A stretch of DNA of 64,000 bases from Laetmonice hystrix. Taxonomy: Eukaryota. Below the pieces are notes generated by a model. That model saw only the letters and a program-made list of their open reading frames with translations, made no database searches and was not told the origin of the DNA. The position numbers were made by a program, and so were the translations under genes. Shown one piece after another: positions 37,682 to 50,700 of the stretch. The DNA lies in the NCBI GenBank assembly GCA_965235115.1, contig OZ249447.1, positions 8,122,001 to 8,186,000 on the forward strand, written 5' to 3'. Each line of letters starts with the position of its first letter. The first letter of the stretch is position 1.

Positions 37682-39190
37682 CAAATCATAAGACTCGCAC
37701 GAAACTTTCACCATTCATGCATGGACACACATTTCCAGAAATTAACATGTCCCTGAGGCCTTCTGAAAATCAAATAAAACTGCTGTTGGTTATAAGTCAC
37801 AAGACAAAAAAAATCTTACTTTATTTGAGAGACTTTCCAAATCAATATGACAACAGAATGTGATGCCCTGTAATTTAATTTTGAAATGCAGGTTCAAAAG
37901 AAGCATAACTTTTGCAACTCTTACCAAAGACAGAGCTCATAGAATCTCAAGACTCAAGTGCATTCAGAATCCGATGGCAATATTATTATTTGCAACTTTC
38001 CCATAGCCACAGGGTTAGGAGCAGGGTATCATGGTTGTGGTGGTCAAAAGGGTCACTGAGTTATATCAACTCCTTCATTACATGTACCGGTATTTGTTAA
38101 TTACGAGTGATTGATACAAATTTAATGACATCACTTCTTAGAACTAGGACTTGCGCTCCTGTAGGCAGTGAGTTTTTCCCACAGATCACTAAAGCTGTAC
38201 AAGTCCTCAATTGTTGCTGTTTATGACCTGATGTCTCAACAACCGTGATAATTATTTTAGGTTACAAAGTAAGAGAGAAAGTGTAAGAAATTTGTTTACA
38301 GTTCCATAAAGAGTCTGCTAAAATGCAGGGATGAGACAGGCCGACAGGGAAAAAAATGGAAAAAGGCGCATACTGTACACCAGTCTGAGATAATAAGTAT
38401 TTTGGTCGAGAAAAAGGTGGAAATCTGCCAAACTGAAAATTTCTTCCCTGAAAATGATAAACATTTGTGGTTGAGTTTTTTTCAGTTTGCAAACTTAATT
38501 TTAATCTTGAATCTTTAATAAAGTTTGGGAATTATATGGGTTTCAGCAGGTTTCAATCTTACTCCATATTATTCTATGCTCACTTGACCTGAACAATGGA
38601 AAAGGCTCCTGAAAAGGGATGGATATGGTCTACTTACTACAAACACAGCTTCCTGTTTTGAGTTAGGTTTCATAGACTGTGTACCAACAGTTTTCTGTGC
38701 CACACATTGCTTCCCACTTGGTCTACTCTGAGAACCGGTGGCAGCCTTAGCCACTATTTGTATGGCTGAATTGTCCACTACTTGACTGAAGGCCAAGTGA
38801 CCTAGATAGGTTCTTATTTATGTGAACCAAATGTTTGAAGGCTGATAAATAGTGCTCTAGGCTGATGTGGGTCTATAATGTAATAGCAAAAAGCTGTAGT
38901 TACAGTGGAACAGTGCTCATTGTCCCAGACAGAATATTTTTGGTACGGGTCAACTTGATTATTAATTTGTGAAGCACATGGTTCTTATCCTCATCGTAAT
39001 ATTATTCAAACTTTATGTATGTTCATGACAGTGACTAAGACCAGAAGGTTCTGCTTAAAATAGTAAGTTGTTATCAATTTGTTTCAACGGAAGAAAAAAA
39101 CGGCCGGATGTTTCAAGGATATTATCATTGATCAATGTGCGATACAGTGAAGGATATTAACAGCCGCCAGTACTGTGGTGCATGAACTAT

Positions 39191-39525
39191 CATGGTTCGT
39201 ATGCCCCCTTAAAAACTGGGAAAGTCTTTGGGAAAAAAAATTGGTCTTGAAAACCCTTGAATATCCTTAAATTCAAGCCTGACCCTTAAAAACACCAGGA
39301 AAGTCCTTAAATTTTGAATAAACCTTGTAAAAAGATTCCCTTCTTGTGAGCTTATACTTTGAAAAACTGTATTTTTTCCATGAAACTGGAGACAATTGGC
39401 TGATATTAGAAGTAGTTATTGGTCGGTTTACTGGTAGGTTTTACCCTGGAAAATCCTTAAGAAAGGGGTCTTAATTACTCTGAAATATCCCTTAAAAAGA
39501 TCTCAGGGGAAGTGTACGAACCCTG
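39191..39525. mobile_element. MITE with CAGGGTTCGTAC-type TIRs and a 5-bp flanking direct repeat
   Basis: Left CATGGTTCGTATGC, right GTGTACGAACCCTG; ACTAT on both flanks; internal CCTTAA/CCTTGA sub-repeats. Confidence 0.65.
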
Positions 39526-41613
39526 ACTATTATAGTATGATGGAAGTAAAAAAAAGAATTTATAATTCGCGAAAAGCAGCAGTGTTTGCCAGAGTGTACT
39601 TTGGCTGAAAATTCCCCCAGTGCCTCCTCTTTGAAAATGAAAGCCAAGAAAAAGGTGCATCTTTTTATGAATGTTATGAATGTATGAAAAACGAAAAAAA
39701 AAAACCATGCAGAGTAAGTCTATCCTAGATCTAGATCCTCCATTCGTTCTATGCTGAACATTCTAAAAAATGCAAGCCTTAAAAGCCCTGCAAAATGGAG
39801 CAAAAAGGTGGCATTCCTTGCTATGTTGTGTTGATCTTCTTGACATTTATTATCAACACCAGCTCTCGCTCCATATTGACTAGTCTAGTTGATAGGTTCT
39901 TAATCAGAAATATCTCATAACTTAATTAATTGACTGTTAATGTAACCAGGCTGTAGAGACGGGCTAAAACTAAGGCCATTGTATATTTTGCCGAGTTCAG
40001 ACTGTCAAAGCCCAGTTACAGGGGTGTATGCTTCTATGAGCTCTGAATCATGTTGCCTCTGCTCTTTGTTCAAGGAGAAGATGTTGAGCTAGTGAGAATC
40101 AGGCTGGTGGCCGTCAGGGTAATGATATGTGGAGCTGTGAGGTCACACACATGCTCACACAGCACACAGCCTGCCATGGTCTCTCCGAGCTCCCAGCACA
40201 CACTGAACACACACACACAGATCACAACCTGGCTGCCGCTGCCGCTGCCGCTGCATGCCAGTGGTACGTGTAGCTGCATGGCGGTACCTCCGTGTAACAA
40301 AGTGCAGCCTAGTATGAACAGATAGCCAGCAGTAGGTAATTCCCTGTGGAACACAAGAGTCCGTGTGCTTGTCATGAAATAAACAAAATTCTGACAATTA
40401 GGTCACTTCAGAGTGGAGAAGTGAATAGAGCTCGATCTAGGTCAGTCAGTGGCACCAAAACACGGCACTGGCCTGAAACCGAGGCTGTAACATGGCCACC
40501 ACCGACTGGTAATATCATACATAATTACTGCCCAGTCGAGTCTGACAGCCGCCATTATGTGGCAGGGAGATTTCCCCCGTTTTCCACTTATTGTGTCTGA
40601 TTCTGAGCATGAGAGAATTCCTAAGTATTGTCCACATGTTGCACTGTTCACTGAACTCCCTGAGGTCAAGTCTAACCAACCTGATCTGACCAAACGCGAG
40701 TATAGACACCAAATGCAAAATGATGCAAAACCTGTTAAAGTGTGCCACTCTGCCAGCCTCCCTGTCCTGAGAGTTCTTACCCACAATGCCGCTGTGCATA
40801 TCATTAGACAGTTCTGCAACATGACACCTAGCGGAGTGGGGAGAGACTACACTGTTACAGTGTTAGGTGAGCATGGTGGTAATTTTTACAGGCCAGAACT
40901 TTACTACTGTAGTGTTTGGTGCTGACCAAGTGAGCAGACTTTGTCCAACATGAAGACTTGAAAATAAGTCACATTATATTTATTGGGGTTTAGAAAATAT
41001 AAAAAAATTTGCCTTGTTTCTATTTAATTTAAAATATTATATGGTCACCTAGAAATAAGATCAGGAGGATCAGGATGTATAGGGTTCCATACTGGCAGTG
41101 CTGGAGTTCCAGTAAGTATCAGGGTACTGATACAAGCAAAGATCATCTTTTACTGGCCAGAATGTTGTTCATACAGTATATTACCACATCACAAAAGCAC
41201 CTTTTCGATGAAAATATCTGCAAGGCTGGGAAAAACCAGAGATGTAGTATGGACTATGGTCATCCAAGATGATTCAATTGTATTTGGAGACTATTAGATG
41301 ACCTTTTAAGTTACTGCTTAATAGTAATTAAAATTACTCTCAGAAGTTCATGTGCACACCAAGTGGGGAAGTGATTTAACATCTAAAACAGACTATTTTC
41401 ACTCGATATTATTGTTTCTGATAAAACACTAGGGATTAGGTACTTTGCCTGAAGCTTTAGTGACATGAAGCTTAGCAAATGTCTTCAACTTCAGTGATCA
41501 GTAATGTTTATGAAAGGGTCAGAACAAATAAATAAGAAACAGATAAGAAATAATAACAACATGTTCCCTTTTTATTGTTTGTTGACAGGTGCGTTGAAGG
41601 GCCATCAGGTGAG

Positions 41614-41691
41614 ATGCAGGACGTACACGAGGCCCTAGCGCTTGACAAAGCCCCTCCCAGGTTACGCTGGCTCCACCTACGACCAACATGA
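41614..41691 (+). promoter_or_regulatory. Upstream ORF ([25 protein letters not shown]) whose TGA overlaps the main ATG (ATGA)
   Basis: ATG at 41614, TGA at 41689-41691, main ATG at 41688-41690; lies downstream of the acceptor at 41588. Confidence 0.55.
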
Positions 41692-41752
41692 ACGTTATAC
41701 TCCAAATTGGGGTCAAGGCCCAGAGTCTGCTGCAGAAGCAAAATGGCACCGA
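41688..41752 (+). CDS. KMT2E: KMT2E coding exon 1 ([21 protein letters not shown]); exon acceptor at 41588
   Basis: caacATG context; donor GA|gtaagt; phase 2 matches the next exon. Confidence 0.8.
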
Positions 41753-44700
41753 GTAAGTTTTTCTTAAACCACTGATAAGTGAATGTGTTGCCTGAGAAAA
41801 ACAATTGGAAGCTAGATATTTTATTTAACAGAAGGGTATATAGGGATCAAGAGAGCAGTTAAAACATTTGGTGTTAGCACTCAGTAATTATTTAATTTCC
41901 CCGGTATTGAAGTTGTAGTCTTACTACGAATGCAATGTTATACTTGCAGCCATGATTCTATGGATGTGCCAGTCAGTGCAGAGGAACCGAAGAGTTACTT
42001 CCCGCCATCACAAACCTATGCCAGCTGCTTTGGTCTGCCCTATCAGGTGAGAAAGTGTTGGCATTTCAGTTATTTTATTTAAATACTGTTGTATTCTATA
42101 AAGACATTTTTTGAAACCTATCATGAAATCTACCTTGTTTTGTATGCCACATGTTTTTCATCAAAGTGACGGAGAAGTACATGCTGATTATCAGCATGAG
42201 ACCAATGGAGCCGTATGTCTAAAGTCATGTTTCACTGCCATATAGCTATAGGGTTTCCAAAGACGTATTTAAGGTATCTGGGCTCAAATTGTGCATGGAG
42301 GATTTTAAAAAGCTCACTTGTACTCTGTAACATAAACAAATTGAGCTACTGGTGGGCACATTTCAATTTCTGTATCTCACAGTTGAATGTCCACTCTTCT
42401 TATTAATGTAAAATAGTGTCAAGACTTAGAGTACAGTGGCAGATATTGCACCATGTGAGTTTTTCTAGACAGGGAGTGGTAATGGCAAAAAAAATCTGTC
42501 ATTATAAAAACAGATTGACAGTGTTTGATACCAGGGTTCCAGGATTTCACCATGCTTGGGTCGGGGGGGGGGTGCCTTGGGGTAGGCCTTTTTTGAAAAA
42601 GAAATTAAGCCAGAAATGCTTGTAAGTGTGTAACTAACTTTTTATCTCCTAGTTGTCAGTAATCCATACCCATGAAAGAATCATTCTTACATGGTTTGAC
42701 AGATTTATCCGGGGCCTTCCCTCTGACTCATTTTGTGCTATTTTATTTCATCAATTTCCAAACAGTGTCGAAAATGTCAGTGGTCATGCAAGTACGATAA
42801 TTGTAGGAAATGTTTGTTAGATATGTAATGTAACAGATCTTTTCTGTGGTGGCTGTGGTGGTAGCTTTGTCAGAGTTATAACATACCATGGAATATTTAG
42901 ACTACTCTGGGAAGTGTCTGACATATATGAGATCTGAGTGTTGGGGCTCTGTTTATTGGGGGCAATGGAAACTTGCACAGACAGGCAGGAGACTGTTCTA
43001 TTTTTAATCGTAGTCATTCATGAAGGTTAGCGTTGCAGGACAATGGCCAACAGGGCTGTTGTGTGGCCATTAATAAATGAGGTTTGTATTGTGGATTGAG
43101 GCCCAGGGTAGGGGGTACTGTACCTGTAACACACAAAACACCTGTAGCCTGTCCTGGAGGCCTAATGAGGCCAGTATTGATTTGATTGCCTTTCTCAAAC
43201 TGCCCGCTGGCTGGTTGGCTGGCAAGCTTGCCCTGACTGACTGACTGAACACACATGTATACAAAGTTCTACTACAGACACACCTCCACCGCACAGCGTG
43301 TTCATACAGGCAGAAACACACGGCTGAACATCACATTGAGAGCATTGAATTCTCTGTCCGTCAACTGTAGACTCTCTGTCGGTCAACTGTAGACTGGGTA
43401 TTAACTGAGGATTATTCCCCATTCCAATCTTAAATCATCAGATTCATCCAAGAGTTGCCCATTTGAGGTGATTAGACTGACAAGTTGTTATGTAGGACGG
43501 ACGGTTGGAGTAGGTTGTACCAGTGTACTGATCCTGACTGAGTGCCTGTGTGGTCAAGGTGTTGGCCGGACGGTAGCCCCTGTACGCCGGAATGCCCAAG
43601 TGGTCAGTAGAAGACAGGGTACCGATGATTGAAGGAAGAATTGACGCAGCCCTGGAAGGTACACCTGGTTACTGGTGTCCCTGACCCTACATGGACAGTG
43701 GTTCAACACGACCAGATCACCAGTGTAATTGTAGTGAGGATTGATCAATGTACACAAAGTTTGTGAAGTGAGATGAACCTGTCATGCCGCAGGTGGAGCG
43801 TAGCCACCGTTTGACGTCTCGTCAGAGGATGTTAGTGGCCAGACCTCATTCAGAGAAACATACGTGTTGGCCGGTGGCCTGTCTACAGTTGGGCGAGGCG
43901 GTAAGCACTGCTAGTATCCAGTCTGTATGCAGACAAATATTATATGCTGATTACAGTGAATTATGTAGAGGTTGGCATAGTCCTGTTGGACTGCACCAAA
44001 GTAAGTGGTCATGGAGAATAATGAGACTCACATTCAACACTTGAATCTGTCTACATTTACTGGTTACACACGGGTGAATCACACAGGGCCAAATGCATGC
44101 TGTTGTGATATTATGTTGAAAGGTTGCCATGGGTATTAATGGGATGTGGACAGATACTGGACGGAGCTGCATCAATGATGAATAAATATCCCACCCCCAC
44201 CCCCAAATGGTGAATCTAGATCAGAACTGATTTAACAAACTGATCTGAGATCGATTGCCACCATCTACAAATGGCAGATTAGAGTTGGCTTCAGATACCT
44301 GTGAAACAAGATAAAACTGATATCCGATTTGTTCTTTGAGAAATAATTGCAGTTTAGTATTTAAATGAATATTGATCACAATAATAGATATCCCTGTACC
44401 ATTTGTTGATATAAATGTTATCAGTGAACCAGTTAGTTCATCCTTAGGCCACTGAAAGTCAACGAGTGTAACCATACAGTTGAGACCTACTTATTATAAA
44501 CCAACGGAGCACTTTTTACTTTACCGGATCTTTGTACAGATTGATGGATTCTCAAACCACTAGGCCGGACACAGCCCCTTCTAACGTTACAAGACCTTCT
44601 GTACTTTGCCTGCATTTGGATCTGATTTAGATAAGACATTGGAGAACTGAAGTAGGAAAGTTTCCCTGATCAAGGTCCCATATTTTATCACTGATAAACG

Positions 44701-47700
44701 TGTCCTTGAATCAAGTCAAGTGTTGAAACTTACTATTATTGGGGCACATTTCCAAAGTGCCATTTCATTCAAGGCTGAGAGTTCGCTTCACTTTTTAATT
44801 CAAGAACATGATAATATCATCAAAGTTAATGGTTCTTAAGGCTGTCCCGAAAAGTAGTTTACTCTTTTTATCCTTTACTTGCCTCAGTACGTTAAACAAG
44901 ATATCGCTTAACTCCAGTCAGACTCAAGGCCTTCTGTTAAAATTGTTATGGTTTATGAATGCTTTAAACACATCAGGAAGCACTGTTTACAGAATTCATT
45001 ATCACTGCAGGTAATTTCTTCATACTGGCATTGACCATTTGTGGCTAAAGAAAAATTTAAAAAAAAACAAGGAAATTTGGAGATGTTCAAAAACGTTCTC
45101 AAACTGCAAATTTTTGAGGGCATACAGCCAAAAGTTGGGGAACAACCAATTTTTAAGGCAAGTCTAAATTTAAAACAGAGATATTAAAATGATACAACTA
45201 TGTCTATTGAAAGGTCTATTATTGTACACTCTTAAAAATGAAAGTTCATTGACTATGAAAATGCATATCTTGATTCACAACAACCTTGCTGTGCTACTAA
45301 AAACTGACATTTTTGGGGTCAGCTGATTGATTGATGAAATCACAACGGACCTGGCCACCACTAGTAAACCTGTAGAACTACCTATATATATAACTACATG
45401 TATACAGAGTATAGTAAATGTGTGCCCAATCTGTGACCACAAGGCCAATATCTTTGTAGGTCAGATCACAGTGCTACAACAGCAGTGATAAACCTGACAC
45501 TGAGGCCAGTATATTACAACCAGTCCCAGATTCTAAACGATATATGCATGGTCCTGATCGGTGCAGTTTTAGAGCACATTATATAGGTCATCCTGCCATG
45601 TGTGATTCGACCAACATTCAAGGCCTACAGTCTACCCCATACGGAGAGGAATAATAAAGGTGTACATATCCCTGACTCCTTCCAACCTTAACAAAACTTG
45701 GTTCGCACTCGCACTCACTTTAATTTGAAAGAAAAGGAAGGAAGTTTACGGCTGCCAGGCAGTTATCAGTACAAGATAGCAGGACTATGGTCTGGACAGT
45801 GCATGGTGGCATGGAACGTATACGGGTTCTGCCAGTTAATACTGATATATAACATTATTGTCAGATTATTCTTCTTTTTTTGTTTGAATGATTCAGCTTC
45901 AACTTGAGTTGAGGTCATAAAATGTGGCAGTGAAGTAGTGGTCTGGGCTAATCTTGTTGTGGATGGGTGATGGAAATTAAAAATTGATTTATTATTAAAG
46001 TGGTTTCAAGGTCAAAAAGATGACTAAATAAATATTCTGCCCCGCACGAACTTGAAATTGAATATCATGTGTACCAAGACATGGAGATATGGGAGAATAT
46101 GATAATTTTTGCAGGATTTTATTGAAGGCTTGTGCTTCAATATTTCAGGCCTCGAATTACACGACGGCATCGACGGCAAATAGCAGGCCCTGTCCTTTGA
46201 AATTGTCCTTCAATTTGAACCTCTAGGCGAGCATATTTTTCTGACGACCTGCGGACTCTTTTAATACTTGCCAGTCAGTCAACCAATATGGTTCATTGTT
46301 GTAAGCCAGCATATGGCTTTTACTTTGAAGTACTCGGTAATTAGTTCCCAATTATACCACAAGCCAAGAAGAACCAGCCCTTAGGTACCTAGCATATAAG
46401 TCGGTCAGAAAATCGGACGGACCTCTGCTTGAGAGAATAGGGTCACTCCAGAGGAAGTTGACTAGGCGCCAAAGTTTTAACTAATCTTATAGGTAGGCGT
46501 GCAGTCTTTTGCGTGCCTTGGAACAATTTTAGGCGCGCTATGGCACGCAAGCGCAATTGCGCCTCAGAAGACAAGCGTAAATAGGCACAGTCCTTCTGGG
46601 AACTATCTGTAAACTTTGTAGGGAGAGAAATGAAAGTCTATGATTATTCTCAGGTGTGTGACCTATTGTATGTTTATGTCTGTGACAGGACCACAACTAT
46701 GGTGCGCCACCCCCGCCCACCCCGCCAGCATCACCCCCTCCACCGCCTCCTAAGGTCAATGGACACATCGATATTGAGGATATCTCGAGCAACACCGAGG
46801 TGACGACAACTATTCCCCCTGATGAACCCCCAGAGGCGACACCAGACGACAGTATAACCCGCTGTGCCTGCGACTTTGAACATGATGATGGTTACATGAT
46901 CTGCTGTGACAAGTGCAGGTAAGCATTGTTAGGAATTTTATGCCATCCTTCAGGTTTACAATTGTTTCCTTCAAAATTCACTTGTTATCTTTAGCTTTTA
47001 GAAACTTTGATATAGCTCTGTTTGATTTGGGTACAGAGATGAGAAAGAGAAGTAATTGTTAATATCATGAATTTTGTACAGTGTGTGGCAACATGTTAAT
47101 GTCATGAATTTTGTACAGTGTGTGGCAACATGTGGACTGTATGGGTGTGGACCGGAATGATATCCCTGACAAGTACCTCTGTGAGTTGTGTGAACCTCGC
47201 AATGTGGACAAGCAACGAGCACGAGAATTACAGATGCAGAAACGGAAGGAACTTGCATCAAGTGAGTAGATTATCCCCCGTTGCTTCGTCAACAGGAAAC
47301 TGTTTTGTAATTGTATGCTTCACAGTTGAACAAATTTAAGGGCAGACGGCTGGTTGAGTCAACCAGATTGCCTAGTGTGGTGTGTAGCGGAACGATTCAG
47401 TTTTTAACGATTGTCATCTCTCTATTTTCAGTCCTCTATGCCATTGATTCAAGTGCAACTGAAACTGAAGATGAGACGATAAGATTAGGCATCAATCCTG
47501 GAAGGGATAGAATGAAGAAAACAAAAATGAAAAAGAAAAGGGAAAGAGAAAAAGGAACAAAAACCAATAACAAAAAGATGAAAAAGCCTAAAAAGGAGAA
47601 AAAAATGAAGGAGAAACAGCCGAGTCCACCACAGAGGAACAAAAAGGTAAAGTAGTATAACGTAGAGTAGCACGTGTATAGATAGCCTAGGTCATTGTAG

Positions 47701-50700
47701 GCTTCTTCCAATAATTCCCCCCCATATCGGGTTAAAAACTTGTGACTCGATATTACATTTGGAAGACAGACATCAGGTAGCAGATAAAGCGGATCCCAGG
47801 AGTTAAATTTTTACACCATTTTCTCTTACCTGCAGAAACAGCCACCTAAAGTGGTTATACCGACTACACCCATAGATGACCCATCCAAGTTGTTGCACAT
47901 CCAAACGACGATAGACCAAGTGGCACACACGACTGATTTAGAAACAGATTCACAGCAAGTAGACCTTCCGCAGGAACAAGTGTCGCCAAGCTCTGCAGCT
48001 CCACCTGCAAAACGGACCAACAGAAGAGTATGTATTGTGGTTAACAACAGAGGTCCAATACCAGAAAATTCTGTTCTCTCATTATTAATAGATTTTCTCC
48101 CCAACCATGGAGACATAAGTATTACATGTCTAAAGTAGAGTGTGACTGACTTAAACTAACACGTCAGGGAACTGAGAGATACAGTATTTCATGCCTGGAG
48201 GGAAAGTGGTGTTCAGAGCAAACTTTACTTGAGGCATACAGTATTTTATGGTGAACGATAAGTGAATAAATGTGGCCATGATGCTGCCAGATGTGTTAGC
48301 ACTTACATTTGTCACCTTTTATTCTTGCAGGCATCAGTGAAGTCACCCAAATCTCCTATCAAGTCATCGGGTGCAAAATCTCCTGGTACCAAACCAATAG
48401 TAAAATCACCAGTTAAGTCTCCAAAGTCTCCAGCCAAAACACCATTAAAATCTTTAGTAAAATCCCCAGTCAAGTCTCCGGTCAAGTCGCCAGTCAAGTG
48501 TTCTCTTACCAATAATGTCAGTGAAGATGCAAGGGACTCGTGGGAGAAGCCGGATGGTTATGAAAGGGCATCAACAAATCAGTATAGTTCTGAAGTCGAG
48601 ACAATACTTGCATCCAAAAAGCTCAATGGTCAACATGTAAGTACTGTTGTTTAATAGTATTCTTCTGTTGTCCTTTATATCCTGAAAGTTATTGACACGC
48701 AGATAACGGTGGAAAATTATTCAAAAAGACTCGATTTCTTATCTTCCCTATTTACAGACAATATGAGGTGTAAAGCTGTTTCAGTCTGTAGATAAGTTTA
48801 CACCTTTGCTTTCACTTAGGTTGGTCCCAGTGAGTCCAAACCCAGTCACCAGCTGCTGGCTCAGCTGTGTCGAGTTGCCGAGGTGCACCCTGATCATAAG
48901 GTAACCTAATGTGGTGTTTTCATGTGCTCAATTTTCTATTCTATCCAAGTTGATGACATGTAAATACATTTAACTATATTAATACTGGGTTTGTCAGTTG
49001 AAGTTCTACAGGAAAATAGCAAACTAAAAGAGTGCAACTGTGTGTGTGTTTACAGGGTTTGGAAGCATTGGAGGACTTGGAGAGTGATCAAGCTGTCGTA
49101 GAATACACAGGAAAGGTCATGCTGCGGGAACAGTATGATAAGGAGAATATATTCTTTAAAAGGTACATGTCTTTGACAATCAGTGATTGGTTAGCACTAG
49201 CATGTTTTACCAATAATATTGCCACGTCTCTGACAGAATATTTTTCTTGAATTCTGTACAGTTTAGAAGATTATAAAAACGGTATTTTTAATGAACAAAT
49301 AAAGATATTCGAAGTGATCTGCATGAGATAGCAGTTTGATACTCGTTTTGTCTTCAGGCTCCATCCATTTGTCCTCTTCTACAAGTTTGAAAATCTTGAC
49401 CTATGTGTTGATGCTGGGAGCTATGGAAACGATGCCCGTTATGTTAGACGTTCCTGCACACCCAATTCAAAAGTGAGTGCTACAGAATTCTGAAACACTA
49501 CAGACATGAATTACCACTGTCAATCCCAGATTCTCCATTCAATTTACTATATACGTAATGGGCAGGGTTGCTAAGTTAGTTTTCCAGTTTTGTGATAAAG
49601 AACATCCTATTGTTCCTTTGCAGGTGCAACATCTGGTTGAAAACGGCAAAGTTTTGTTCTTCATTCATTCAGAGAAGAACATAAACAAGGGTGCTGAAAT
49701 AACAATACCCTTTGATTTTGACTATCAAGAATGGTAATGACACATTTTCTTCTTTCAATTGTTTTTAACCTGGATTTCATATTACCCGAATATGTAATCT
49801 TATAATAGACTCGGACATAAAAACGTCCTCTATTATAATATGTAAGTTATTATAAAATACATGTGTTTTTATAAAATCTTGTTTCTAGCAACTATGGCGT
49901 TGAATGTGCATGTGGAAAACCCAGTTGCCCTGTACTGAAATGCAACAAAAAGGAAGAAAATACAACCACAAAGTGAGTTATCTTTGTATCTTTTACAATT
50001 GAATAAGTTATCAACCATCATCCAACCGGCCCACAGTGATATTATTTTGTATAGAAATCGGTGTCAGTTTGACATAGGCAGGAATTGAATTGAGGTTAAC
50101 TAGTATTAATGTGGTTTGGGGTGAAGGTGTGTCGAAGTTGTCATAAACAGTGGAGGTTTTTCTCTTCTCCAGACCTTTCAAGAAGAAAAGATCATCTCGA
50201 TTATCCCAGAGAGAAAAACGAGCTTCAGTGACAGTTGAAGGTGCGGCAGACGAGAGCAACAGTAACATCAGTGTGGGGACAATGAAGGCTACCCCAGCGG
50301 TGTCAAATACCCCAACCACACCCATCTCACCCCCAGCTCGACCACCCAGCAGTAAACGACGACGTCTCACACCACTTAATGTAACAACTGTCATTAACAA
50401 ACAGCCCGAGGTACGATCGTCGCTCTTTCTCTCCTTGGTTGGCATCTCGCTGCCATGCTGAGAACAAACAATTAGTGTTCACTGGAAAGTTTGTCAAAAC
50501 CTAGCACTTTTAGAAATATCAGACGGTAACTTATCTATGTGTTGTAAAGTCTGAAGGTAATTACATGTAATGCTGAGGGTAGGACAAAAAACTGTCAAAT
50601 ATGTTTATCAGCTAACGGTGGGAAATTGTTGACTGACTCTATGATGGTGTGTTGTAGGTGTCAACGATTGAAACACGGAGACGATCAGTAACAGGCAGTA

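Noticed and set aside
40075-40866. Possible extra KMT2E 5' UTR exons (about 40075-40119 and 40812-40866)
   Set aside because: Splice-like ends exist but cannot be supported without transcript data.
46146-46600. hAT-like left end CAGGCCTCGAATT with GCGCAATTGCGC palindrome (similar lone end CAGTGTTCGAAAT near 36606)
   Set aside because: No matching right TIR or TSD was found; probably truncated repeats but not delimitable.
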